Of a stretch of DNA of 64,000 nt, positions 22,110-34,994 are shown in pieces. Position 1 is the stretch's first letter. Every line of letters starts with the position of its first letter. The stretch spans positions 4,558,485 to 4,622,484 of the forward strand of contig NC_134027.1 of assembly GCF_964204645.1 (NCBI RefSeq), read 5' to 3'. The translations under genes were made by a program, and so were the position numbers. The notes under the pieces were generated by a model. That model did not search any database. It was given only the letters and a program-made list of their open reading frames with translations, and had not been told where the DNA came from. Source of the stretch: Tubulanus polymorphus (taxonomy: Eukaryota > Animalia > Nemertea).

Positions 22110-24095
22110 TTTTAGACGATTTGAAGGATCGTTTCCGACACGAGTTGAGCGCAATGGCGGTTGCCGCCATTTCGAGCGCACGCGGGGTTCAAGTAACATA
22201 TTGTAACGGAAGCGGGTAACGGCGCGCGCGCACATGGTGTGATTTTCCTATCCACACATTTGCGCATGTGCACATCGCGAATCACGCGGTACACGAATGA
22301 TTCAATGATAACCTTCACCTTTTAAAAACCGTGTGCCGGAAGTCAATTGATTTGTGACGTCACACAGTGACAAGATTCGCGCCTATGCCGAACGAATCTT
22401 TGACGTGTGCCGGGGTATTAATGACCCCTTGCTGCTTCACGTCAAAACAATCTTCAATATTTTCGAGTGTTTTGGATTGAAGTTCATCAAAAATTATTGA
22501 AGAAATCCCTTCCCCGTTACTTCAAATTCAAAGTTGTAATTGAATATACTTCAAATGATCGATGTTAAATTGTATAAAGAATTGTCTTTTTGAAATTGTC
22601 TTCAGTATCTTTATTCATTCAAACTTCGATTTGGAAATTTATAAGCATGTCGGAATCTTTACCCGGGAATCTTTATAGATCTTTTATCCTATAGGCCAAA
22701 CTACTACTTCGAATTAAGAAAGAAGTCAGCACGCATTTCAGAATCTATTCAGAGGTTCTTGTCTTGTCTTTCTAACCTCAGTTTCCAATAACGGAGTTAG
22801 ACACCATGTAACTCCCTATTCGCTCCAACCTCCATCGTTACAAGGAGGTTTTACTCGTTCGTTGCGGCGGAATTGTCGTCAGAGCCGTATTTCAACCAGC
22901 TGCAGTTACTATGGTAACCCAGAGCCCTTCACAGATGTAGGTACCCCACGCGTGTTTGTAGTTTCTATAGATGTGCGAGCGATGGTGGAAAGTGGAAGGG
23001 GTGAATACTGATAGCGAGGTTGATTCTTTCGACGAGGTGTATTTCTACACTCCGCGTGTTCTTTAAATTTGCAATGAACGAACGATAAATTTGATCGTAG
23101 CCATTCAGGTCATGCTTTGACCAAGCAGAACGATTTTCAGTATGATTCAATATGTATTCTGCCATCTGGAAATTAATCAGTTAATGATAATTTGATCTAA
23201 TTTACCGAATTAGATCTGCAGCGGTCGCTTTCAATAGGTAGAAACTGATCAGGTGCACCTTCTTCTGAATTCTCGACTGGTTTTCCAGGATACATTGATC
23301 GTCGCCATACTTCGATTTGAAAATTCCTGGCCCTGCATGAAGGACTGCCTGAATATGAATGCAATATTGATCAGGATCATCTATCGACCATGTGGTCAAT
23401 CTCTAAAGCACACAGAGGTGGGGCGCGGTTATGCCACGTACGTCAATGGTCTCATGAACCCGGACACAGCCATTGACATGTGAGAATATACGTTATACCC
23501 TTCGCCGTTGACCGTCCGAAGACGCATCAAGCCAAGCAAACCCGGTCGATGTCGTGAGAAAAAACCTCTAACTGGCGGCGAAGCCGATCTGATCCGAACG
23601 TTTCGTACCTACACCCCCTCCCCCCAAATCCGCTAGAAACAACTAAGATTCGTCGCTAATCAACTGACAATAGACGACACCATCGTACAAGCTGATACAG
23701 TATCAGCTTGGAGAATCGGCATTCGTTTGAGCCCCATATGATTACGGAGCCGAAGCCTTCTGTAGTGCGAGTCTATGGCTGCACAGCCACCTCTCCCAGC
23801 CAGTACATACGCCAACGACGAACGCCAGATCCCGAACATCACCCCCCCCCCCTCTTAATGTTTTAGTGGTTGGAGCAGACGAATGCCAAATCTCGCAGGT
23901 TTGATGCTTTTAGCAAGGTTAGAATATGTTCAATCTATGTACAACGTACGTAGGTACATGGGAGACTTTTGTGGTGGAAGAAAATACCCTCGCTACGGGA
24001 TTGATTTTTCAGCAGGTGACGCAGTCAAAATTGGCGGTGAATCGCCATTGACGCAATTATTCATCGGATTCGTTGAACATGATTCAAATGACGGC
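22110..24095 (-). mobile_element. Decayed, GC-richer transposon-like or pseudogene segment
   Basis: Degenerate inverted ends (gcgcaatggcggttgccgccattt at ~22150; reverse complement of ~24026-24054 reads gcgtcaatggcgattcaccgccaatttt); internal broken minus-strand ORFs including a SWIM-like CIHIQAVLH, and an intron-like gt..ag at 23166-23205. Confidence 0.35.
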
Positions 24096-25145
24096 GTTGG
24101 CGCGCGGTCGGCGTTGGAACTAACTACGTCGTGCATTAATAAAACGAGACTAATAAACAGTAAAATATGTGCTTAAATATTAACCAGTTTATTCATGATA
24201 TTAAATTCGATTGAAAAATTTTCGTTAGACAATTATTTTCTGATTGCTAAGTACATGTACGTGTTCCGATTTAATATGGAACAAAATTTTACTACTTTCC
24301 TATGCAACACTTGACGCGCATTGAAATTTTACTCTGCTAAGCCCAATACAGAATTATATACATACATATATATATATATATAAAACTTCTTTTCTATAAA
24401 ATGCTTAATTAATATTTTCTCAAGAAACAATTTGTAGAAACGGTGTGCCGAAAATGTAAGCTTATTTTCGCATTACCCGACGAGTGAATCATTGCGAAAG
24501 GCAATCGTGATAATCATCTCCGTGCCGATAGGAAGTGCACAAGCATTCTCGCACTTCCCTGGTGTCTAATAGAGAAATGAAATTACTTTGAATAAATTGA
24601 AACCGAAATGCTTACCTGTATTATTTCTATCAATATCAGAAAAATACGATAAGACTATTTAATCACAGTAATCACAGATGAATAGCAATGTTTTTTTAAA
24701 AAGAAATTTGGATACATTGTGTTCTTGGGTGGGTGAAGTATGATGAAAATAAACATGATTGATCATAAGATATGTATGACAGCTAGTTTGAACACAAATG
24801 AATAAAATACACTGTACAAAATTACAAGGTTTTTTGGTACAAGCATAAATAACATGTCTTGGACATAAATTATAAAATACATAATGGGTACAATTAGACT
24901 TAACAATTATCACTTTCAATTTTACAATTCAATATATACAAAAAATTACCATGTCAACATCTTGAGTTAATTTTCCTTTTTTCTCCAGTTTAAATAATAA
25001 CTCAAATGCTAAAGTGTCTTCTATAATGAGTATCATTATCATCAATATCTGAGTAAAATCAAAAGCCAATGATACTATAATGTGACCTCAATGCCAGTTA
25101 CAAATCATAAATACAATGTAGATTAAAATAATAAACAAAACTGTT

Positions 25146-28100
25146 CTAGCTGACAACTGCATCCAAACTGTCAGCGTTAGTGATATAATAGTCATGGAAA
25201 TACATAAGGATGGCAATCGGCTGTCCAATAATCAAAGATATCCACACGGATATATTTCCGAATTGACCATGAAGAAATTTGGACACGAACATAGCAAATG
25301 GAATCTGAAATGAAAGAAAGTGTCGGTATATATGAAGAATGCAGAAAAAAATAAGGAAACAACATATTTGCTTTTGCAACAGGGCACAAAACTTGAATTT
25401 TGTGAGTTATCATTCAGACAGAATGAACACCGTACATTGAAGAGCATGTCTTACCTGTCCGACCATAGCAAAGAATGCCCATAATTTGAACATACGCAAA
25501 GGCACACTGACCAACAACTAAAACAAAAATTTTTCAATGTAGCAAAACAAATAATATTCTAATCCTAGTGCTTAAGATAATCAATGAAACTAAACAAACC
25601 TCATGAAAAAAAGCTGATATTAGAAAGACGGCGGTTGATGCTTGAAGTTTAGTAAATCCTGACTGCAACATCGGTATAAATACATGGCGTCTTGCCCATC
25701 TATGGACAGGTATATTCCAATCCTGCCAAAATCGGGTGACCGTTTCCGCATTCCTAAAACACAAGTGCAAAATCTGGTAAAAACCTATCTTCATTGTCGA
25801 AATATTAAAGATTCTAACGATGAATGAAATTCTTACCACCAATCCCGGTAGAATTCACGGTCACCAAATCGTAATAATTCAGATACAACGTTTAGGCAAG
25901 AATGGAATAACCAGTAGAAAAATATCAACCATATCAGATGATTCGGTATCTAAATATATTCAAATCAAATAATGAGTAAAATATGATTAATAACTGGTCA
26001 TTAAATTATTTGAGTTGAAAGACTTACAGCGAGTTTGAGCAGACGCTCGACAATTTTATGAAATTCCAAGTTATGCAGTGGAGTCATCGAATTCTTAATC
26101 GTCGGCATGATCCATTGTTGAATCAATCCAGTCATAAGTTGAGAAAGGAAAAGCTGGAAAAAGACCGAAGTAAATTTTTCTAATTTTCTCTTCACAAAAA
26201 ACCTTGCATGTACAGTAGAACCTTATTGATAAGAGCCTATTATGAAACTCGCGGTATAACAATGATTTTCGTATATCTCGACCAAGTGTATTACAAATTA
26301 CAAGTAAAAAATCTGTTTTTCTATTGACCCAGGTACTCGTATTAACGAGGTTCCACTGAAGCTACATTTATAACAATCTATTTACCATCTCGATGATGCG
26401 TTTCACGAGAAATCTTTTTCTGATTCGAGACGACCGAGGGAAATTCAGTTCATAACAAAGCGTCGGCGCTACCATGAAGTAATATAAATCTTGCACATAT
26501 AAATTATCAGGATATCTGACGAACAAAGTCTCAGTTTTCCCATTAGATACTGTCTTTGAATCGGCTGCAATAAAAAAACGAAATAGGAAAATTTTTTCTT
26601 TCAGATAAATCCCGGGCAGTTTGTTTCGTTACTTTGACAAATACATACGTAAACCTTCCGATTTCCTTCTACGGCGACTCGTTTGTTCATATTTTTGTTG
26701 ATCCCTGCACCATTTATTCACCGATACGTAAGATATCAATTTCAAGAATGTGATTACGTAAACCGATAACGCCAATGAAGAAAACACTGAAAAACAATTA
26801 ACATTAAAGCGAGTGATGAATAATTGCAATCAGAAAACCTGATGCATATATAAAACTTCCGACAAAAATCGACCACAATTACATAAGACGCGATCACACA
26901 GATGATTTGGCCCCGAGTAAAACTTGGTCTGTGCTTTAATCAGAGAGCGCGTTCATACGTAAATCACTCTGTTACTAAAAATACTTTTGAAATAATGCAG
27001 TGGAGTCACTTCCAGGACCAGTTAGCGTTTAAAAGGAATTGTGTGACCAGCGCTGAAATTTGGCACAGACCTGGTCTGATGTTTTTGGTCGGGTCAAGTA
27101 TATCGTACTAGAATGAACAATCGGTCTCGGACAAGCATACTTGTGTGATGGTGGCAATAACATACAAAACACTACTTACATGGAAATGGGTGTCGATAAA
27201 GTATGACTACAGATGGAAAGATTATCACACAGGTAAATGTGATGAAATGGATAACACGACCAGCTTTTTCACTCAGGGATTCCTATTAATTCAATACATA
27301 ATGAATTAAAAGTCAAAGTCAATGGAATGTGAATTCCTATTTAGTCACAAATTTCCAAATACGAACCTTAGATAAAAGAGTCTCGATCCAAAATGTGAAT
27401 AAAACGAAAACATTCACCACTAAAATAAAACAGAAATCATCATTAACAGATTTTACGGCGTGTTAAACACCTCTGTCACAAATATGTTGGAGGCTATGAT
27501 TTCGAAATAAAATGCAACCTCCATCACGCCAGAACAAAGGCATAAGATTTGGAGCCTCGAGCTATTGATGTATTGTTGATCAGACTGTTACACTTTTTGC
27601 ATTTATTATTCGATGACATTTGATATGTTTTTGTGAATAGGAGATAATAGCAAAGCACCTTTCGAAATGTAAAAAAATCGATAGTGATACAATAAGGTAG
27701 AATAACGTTAAAAAATCATACGTACATAAAACCAAACTCACAGACGGCCAGCTATATGGATCAATGAAGAAATAGGAGACGAGCATAACTGGGTCAATGA
27801 GGATTCCATACCTAAAATCATTCAAAATAGATTTTCAAATCCAGAAAAAAACTGATAATAAACTTTTATGAGATGAAAACAGAGTGGGTTCTTACTTAAT
27901 TATGTTTTCAAGAGCAACTCTTGCATTAGAAAGTGCCTGAAAAATGAAAAAAAAAGTGATAGCTCTTGGTTTTTTCATGCAGGGTATAAGCTCATCTTTG
28001 CAAATGGGCCCACAAATTGACACCTGATATTTGGCCGAGAAAGGAGTGAACTTTGGACAATACTATACTGCCAATAAAAGATAAACAACAGACTGCAGTG

Positions 28101-31100
28101 CATGTTTTACCCATGTGAAATGAACTTTGATATCGCCCATTTGGTGAATGAAGAAAACTTATCGTCAAAAATATCTTGCGAATACTATGACAAACAAATG
28201 GGGTGACTTGTGATTGAAATTAGAAACATGAAAACCTACTGCATGATTCCCTCATGTTGTTTATTGAAGGATTCCCTAGACTACGCATGATTTACCTGAT
28301 CAAATACATTTAGTAAGATTTATAGCCGTTCGCCAAATTAACATAAAAATAGACACATCCCTGCGTAATTACGATATATTGCGCAATTATTTCTTTGATG
28401 TGGTAAAAATCCATCCCAGAGAGAGAATTTTTGGACGAAATACCGAAATACCAAGTATTGTTATTACCTACCAATAAAACGATGCAGAGGTTAAGCATAC
28501 CCCTGTAGTTATTAAAACCACTAGAAGAGCTGAACAGGGAATCGGTGATTCTATGTATCCTGGAAAATACAATAACAGTTCGAAGAAATGATCATTTCAT
28601 CCAAGGACAGAAACTAAGATTCAATTGGAATTTGACAAGTGAATTCAGCGAATAACTTTCGATATTTCATAACTTTTTCAAGAATTTACAATAATAGAAA
28701 TTTTACATCATTAAGAAACAGTGGCTACTGGAATGAAAAGTGATCTTTTCTTTGATAATCTTCAACAACCTGGCTGAATCAAATTTATTTATGAGAGAAT
28801 ATTTCACATATTTCACATATTTCACTAGCGTTCATTGTTGGCACTATGCATTGAACTGCAAACACAAAAGATCACACAAGTAAGCCAAACCCTGGCAAAC
28901 CCCTTATTTCAATGAAGGTATATATACAAAGAATACATAGTCTGTGACTTATGAAGGAAAATCTATCATTGTGGATATAACAATTCAGTTCCAAGATTAA
29001 TGGAACAAAATAAACATTGAAATACTAGAATAACTGTTAGGAGAATCCCATAAATACTACACATTGTGTGTTAATAAAGAAAACTAAAATTAAAAAAAAA
29101 AAAAAAAGCAAAATAAAGGTAGAAATGTAACACACTACACACATAGCCCTTACTTCTCATCAGTCTTTGATTTTCGTTGAGCTACTGAAATATGCTCTGG
29201 TTCCACCCACCAATGTCGCAACTGTTCCAAAATTGACAATTTACATTTTCCATTTTCAGTTTTTAGATTACAACTATGTCCATTTTGATTGTTGAAATGT
29301 TGTTTAGAGCCACATGTCGAGGCTGATTCTGTAGGTATGTTCGCTGTTTTCGTTATGTCATGACGATCCTCATGTCCATTTTCGCTGACCGTTTTTCTAC
29401 GATGATGCAATACCGTATAATCTCCAAGAGTCATTTTGAATGATTGATTTTAATTCCTCGATGAAAATAACTATTGCAGACACGTCCTTTTAGTTCTGCT
29501 CGCTAAACACGTATGAGAGTGGATCAGAAAACAAGTTAAAACCCTTGAACTTCTCATGAACTGGTATGAGATACACTGCTACTGGTAAACAGAATTCATA
29601 AATGACTGCCCATGTGTGCAATTTGACAGTATTAAATGGCAATTTCAACCAATCACAGTCTGCCGAAATAAACAAACATATCAACTTGATAGGATCCAAC
29701 TTTCAATAAAACTAGGTGACTGAATATGACATGTGTCTAGACTAAAATAACACAAGAATAAAGTAAGGCATTTTGGTAAAAAGAACAAACAGCGCACAAT
29801 AGAGAATGCAGATAATACAGACTGCTCTGTAAAAAAGCTTTTATCAACTCCTGAACTCCACAGACTGATTCGTGATTTTGATATATGACTCTCCTCTGGT
29901 GAAAATACACCCAAATAAACAATTACATTATAACTGAAAAACCAGAAGTTCCGGATAACTACAAAGAAACATATTTTCTATACAATTATTGAAATAAAGC
30001 AGACAACAGGAATTGATAAAGTTAAGCAGTCTAGACTGGAATGAAGTGAACTGGTCAACCTCTAGTCAATTGGTCACTTCATATCTCAGGTTGATGACCT
30101 ATTCATACAGTTTTCAATGGTTGGATATGAATGGATTTGCTTGATGAAGTTCAATGAAATATGAAAAGGAAGGTATTTAAAACCTAAGGTAATTATTGGA
30201 AACCAATCATTACAGTAGATCTTACATGTTTTTGTCAGAACAACCAAAATCAAATTTTTAAACTTTACCTTTTTCTGACACTCCGAATTTCATCCAAACC
30301 TTATCGAAAATCATTTATTTCCTTGCAGTAAAAACCCCTACTTAGATACAAAATACTATACTAAAATATAGTTTTTTTTAGTGTTTTCCTGCACAGAAAA
30401 CCTTTCAACCATCTTCGAAAAAAGCACACAATAGGCTTACTAAGCATCGACATCAAAGTGATTGGAGGCAAATAGGCCTACATATTCCATGTCTATGTTA
30501 TTCTCCCTTCGGCAGGACTCGAACTTAATGACCCAACTCAGTTGGGTTTCATACCAAGGTTCAAAATCATGCCATAGATTGATGTTTATTCTGGCCCCTC
30601 ATCCTGATTCTACTGTGGAACCTGATGGGGTACCAGCACAAGCTACCCTATCAGATGGCAATGTATAAATATTGTTTGTTTGCTCTCTGTATATGGTGTG
30701 ATATGAAGATGAATATGATATGAATATGAGATATATATGTGATATGAATATGATTTGCACCCTTTTATAGGTATCTTAGATCACAAAATATTAACCTGAG
30801 GGGATACTGGAATAATCCAAATAAACAGAAATTCTCCGTTTTAATGCAACCTTTCAGAAGTTCCTCAAGAAAGTCTACATACTTGGATAACCTCCATGAA
30901 TAGTCCTTTTCTCTGTGGTTTTATGAAACTTATATGTCTGTTCTATCTTATATTTTTTCCTGTCAATTAAGCTTAAGTCGATCTTTGTCATAAAAGTTTA
31001 TAACTTTGAAAATATATACACGCACTTAGTACTCGATCGAATTTTTTCGGTCGAAATTAATTTCACATATTACTTTGATCTTTATTTTCAGTGGTCCAAT

Positions 31101-31914
31101 CAAACTATCAGGAAAACCATGCACCTAGTTAAACACTGATTAATCTCTAGAACAGAATGATTTTCATAAGATAGCAATTGATAGATCATTTTTAGATTCT
31201 AATCGAGCTTAAGAAGAAATCAGTGTTGACATCGTACTGTTACACAATGCGAATCTGACCAATTGTTGGAGTAGCATTGCTGCTGGTTACCCTATTGGAA
31301 TGCCACAGTTTCAGACTAACCACATTTTTGACAATGGGTCCTCCTAATTACCGAGATGACACAATTTATCGAGATGAACCGAGATGACAAAGCACACAAA
31401 GTTGAAAAGACTATGTCGCAAACAGTTTACAATTGAAAGGTCTATCCTTTGACCAACCAAAGGCAAAGCATGGTTTGATTCGAGTCAAGGGGATTTCGGA
31501 CGCCACCGATTTTGACTTTCCCAATCAATTATTTCCACCAACGACTACTAGCATGCCCATCATGGACAGAACATCGATAAAGTGGATTGGGGATCATCGA
31601 AAATGCAGGCCTTCATTACGATCTTCGTCACTACTCCAATATTCGACTCGAGCACGTAGCACCGGCTACAACAGCGAGCCCTCGGCCTCAAGTCAACAAA
31701 ACCCGGAAGTAAACGTTCGTTATCACATCTATTTCAAAAACCTGCCTATATACCTAGCGGAGGACTTGATTGAACATGTTATCTTTTACGGAGTAAGAAG
31801 ACTAACTCACGGTTTGTCTGGGAGCTTGCTTCTCTCTTTTTTCTCTAGTTCTTGGGAGTTTTCAGCCTTCGCAAGGCTGTGAGATCGCCGCAGTTTTGGT
31901 TTAGTGGCGGCCAT
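25146..31914 (-). CDS. DGAT1: Diacylglycerol O-acyltransferase 1 (MBOAT), multi-exon, two alternative first coding exons
   Basis: [25 protein letters not shown] (exon 28472-28559), [39 protein letters not shown], catalytic [25 protein letters not shown]; TAG at 25146. First exons 31811-31914 or 29154-29434. Confidence 0.96.
26213..26358. mobile_element. MITE (CAGT-terminus family) in a DGAT1 intron
   Basis: ta-CAGTAGAACCT ... AGGTTCCACTG inverted termini. Confidence 0.65.
30500..30560 (-). repeat. tRNA-derived fragment (B-box-containing)
   Basis: Minus strand reads GTTCGAGTCCTGCCGAAGGGAGA, a T-arm/B-box plus 3' acceptor-like end; no complete cloverleaf. Confidence 0.35.
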
Positions 31915-32125
31915 TTTGTCACGTCACGTGATTCACATCGCTTATACTATCAACAATTTTATTATCGAAAAATTAATTTTCACGTGAAATAAGGTGGTGG
32001 AGCATCATAAAACTCATTGATATAGAAGTCTATAAAATATGTAATTCAAAATCCGATTTCATAATATGTTACTCAGTTTCTCCAAAAATTATTTGTTTGT
32101 GTTGGAAGCGATACGGAAGTAAGTT
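31915..32125. promoter_or_regulatory. Bidirectional promoter DGAT1 / TBC1D20
   Basis: GTCACGTGA (31923-31931), TCACGTGA (31980-31987), CGGAAGT near 32114 next to the probable TBC1D20 non-coding exon donor; YY1-like AAAATGGCCGCC overlaps the DGAT1 ATG. Confidence 0.6.
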
Positions 32126-32380
32126 CAGATGGGAACTGGGAAATTTCCAAATTTCATCTTAAAACTGTCAAATCCTTTCTTTTATTGATCTATCTGCGTC
32201 AGTTTCATCGGATATTATTTATTTCCAGAATTATTTATTGCCTAAATGTATCGACCTCCTTAATAACTAACTGTTTTATGTTATTTCAGAGGAAATAATT
32301 AGAACAATTTCGATTTCAATGTCAATTCAAAATTAATTTATTCCATAAACAAGTGAAGGTAGATAAAGTTATGAATCGAA

Positions 32381-34994
32381 ATGGAAGAAGATGAAGTAAC
32401 CGAGTTATCTCATTCTTTAAGACACTCCTCCACAATTACACCTCCATCGAATGGAGATATAGGAAATAAGGATTCCGATGCACATCACTACAACAGCGAC
32501 ACTGACAGTAGTGATGATAATACAACTCTAATACAGAGTATCGGATATAACTCACAAAGTCGCTCGTCATCAGTTACTACAAGCCATCAAGAGAATGGGC
32601 AATTTGTTGACAAACAAAACTGTCACTTTCTAACATCGAACGTTAAGGATGAATTGTCGGATGGATTGTGTGATTCTCATTCAAAAGATTCCCAGTCTGA
32701 CAGCGAGACATCTTCACTCAGTGCAGAGCATGAAGCACATCTGCTTGCATTTAGAAAGCACAGAGGTAATTATATTAATTTACCAAATTTGTTCTGATCT
32801 TACAAGTTATATGTAAGATACATGAATTCAGTCCCTCCTTGTTTGTTGTTTGCAGAAGATGCTGCCAATAGAAGAAAGATTGTACATATCGCGAATGCTT
32901 TGAGCAAAGATCCGATTGATATATTTGCTTTACGTCAGCTTGCAATGAGTCGCTTTGGTTTATTGAATAATAAACTACGTCGGAAGGCTTGGCCTAAACT
33001 TCTAAATGTGAACATTGACAATATTGACCCTAAACCTAGTAAGTTTTTTAGATTATTACTTTCTCCAAGACTTGTATAGACATATGTCACCAGACGTATT
33101 TTTAATCTTGATTTTTCTAATTGCTGACAGCTGGAAAATTTTCAATTGATTTGTTACATATTCGATACATTAATCTTGCTAAACAGTTATCAAAAAGTCA
33201 ATTTTTTATCTACATTTGACATTTTGCTCATAAAACAATGTGCGCATAAGACATGATAGAAGAGTGATACTTTATCTGAAGGTTAAAAAGTTACTATTCT
33301 ATTCCGGATATAATGTTTTAAATTTCATATTTCAAAGAATGAGAATCTCAAAATCTAAGATTTACTCGCATAAATGTAGATAAAGTTCTTGCCTTATCAC
33401 GAAAGCACTTGTCCCAAAAAAATAATATTATGTATCGCTATCTTATTGACGTCATATTTGGAATGTTTCTGGGCTCAAAAGTAGGGAACATTTGTTATCG
33501 ATATATTCATGCCTTTGCTTATAAATTTCATGATTATAGGTCAGAGCATCCTAAGATCGCATCGCGATTACAATCAAGTTGTAATGGATGTAAATCGGTC
33601 GTTGAAACGATTTCCACCAGGTAAAATTCCTATGTTATTCACTAGTAGTTTAAACAATGAACTATTGATTCTATAGGTTTATTTCATACGTCTGTTTAAA
33701 GGAATGGAGGATGATATACGACTTGCGATGCAAGATGAACTAGTCGATGTTATAATGAGAGTGTTAGTTCATCATCCCCAGCTGCATTATTTTCAGGTAT
33801 TTAATTGCACCTTCATTTCTTGAAATATACAGCTATTTCTTTAGGTGAACGCATGTTTTCATTAAAGATCGTGCGTCATTGATATTTCAGGGCTATCATG
33901 ACATTTGCGTAACATTCCTGTTAGTTGCTGGTGAAGATATATCATTTGCTTTAGTTGATATGTTATCAACACATCATTTACGGTACGAGTTGTTCCTAAT
34001 AGATTACCCCTTCATATTGGTTTGTTCTTATTTCTTTGTAAGCAAGTGGTATTTTTATGCTATTTATTTGCAGTGATTTCTTAGATTCTTCAATGGACCG
34101 GACAAAACATATGCTCAATTATCTATATCCAATAATTGGAAAAGCTAGTCCAGAACTCAGAGACTACATGGAAAAGTATGTTACTTTTCATAGAATTCAA
34201 TCGGCTTATCTCTGAAGTTAGCCTGTTTGTTTTTTAGTTAATTCATTAAATATGATTTATGTTTTATTCTATAATTCAGGGCTGAATTAGGAACAATATT
34301 TTGCCTTCCATGGTTGATAACATGGTACGGACATGTTCTGAGTGATATAAGACATATAGTGCGGTTGTATGACTTCTTTCTCGCATGTCATCCTTTAATG
34401 CCCATATATTTAGCTGCTGCTGTAAGTATAACGATATTTTGTTTCGATACTTCCAAGATAATAGTCTTGTTGATTATAATTTGAAAAACCACTGCAATTT
34501 GCTTCAGATTGTACTTCATCGTGAGAAAGAGGTGCTTCAAACGGAATGTGATATGGCGATGATTCACTGTCTCTTGTCGAAGATTCCGCCAGATCTTCCC
34601 GTTGAATATCTAGTCAGTAAAGCAGGTGATTTATACGTCCAGTTTCCACCTGAAGAACTCGCTAATGAAGCTTTACAACATTTTCAGCAGAGGTCAGTCA
34701 ATATTCATTATTTGAATCCAAACTATTGACAGTTGGTAGTACTCATTTTTTCATTTTTTGTTCAGTTCTAGCATATCAAACTACCCTCGATTTGAACAGG
34801 CGACTATGAGTCAAACACCCGTTGAGATTCCTAAGGATGTACCAATAGCAAGTGAACAGGATCTGGAGATTCCTCAACCAAATCGTGTGCGCATTTTTGC
34901 TCGTCACGCTATGTTAGCATTGACTGCTGGAGTTGGAGCAGCAGCATATGCCGCGTTTAATCTGTCTGAATGGGAATGGCTATTCAGCCGATGA
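32381..34994 (+). CDS. TBC1D20: TBC1 domain family member 20 (Rab1/Rab18 GAP, tail-anchored), multi-exon
   Basis: GLLNNKLRRKAWPKLL, QVVMDVNRSLKRFPP (Arg finger), HYFQGYHDICVTFLLV (Gln finger), FCLPWLITWYGH, RLYDFFLACHPLMPIY, ECDMAMIHCLLSKIP; C-terminal hydrophobic segment; TGA at 34992-34994. Confidence 0.95.

Noticed and set aside
31433-31882. 149-aa + strand ORF
   Set aside because: Lies antisense over the DGAT1 first exon and GC-richer promoter region; no recognisable protein features.
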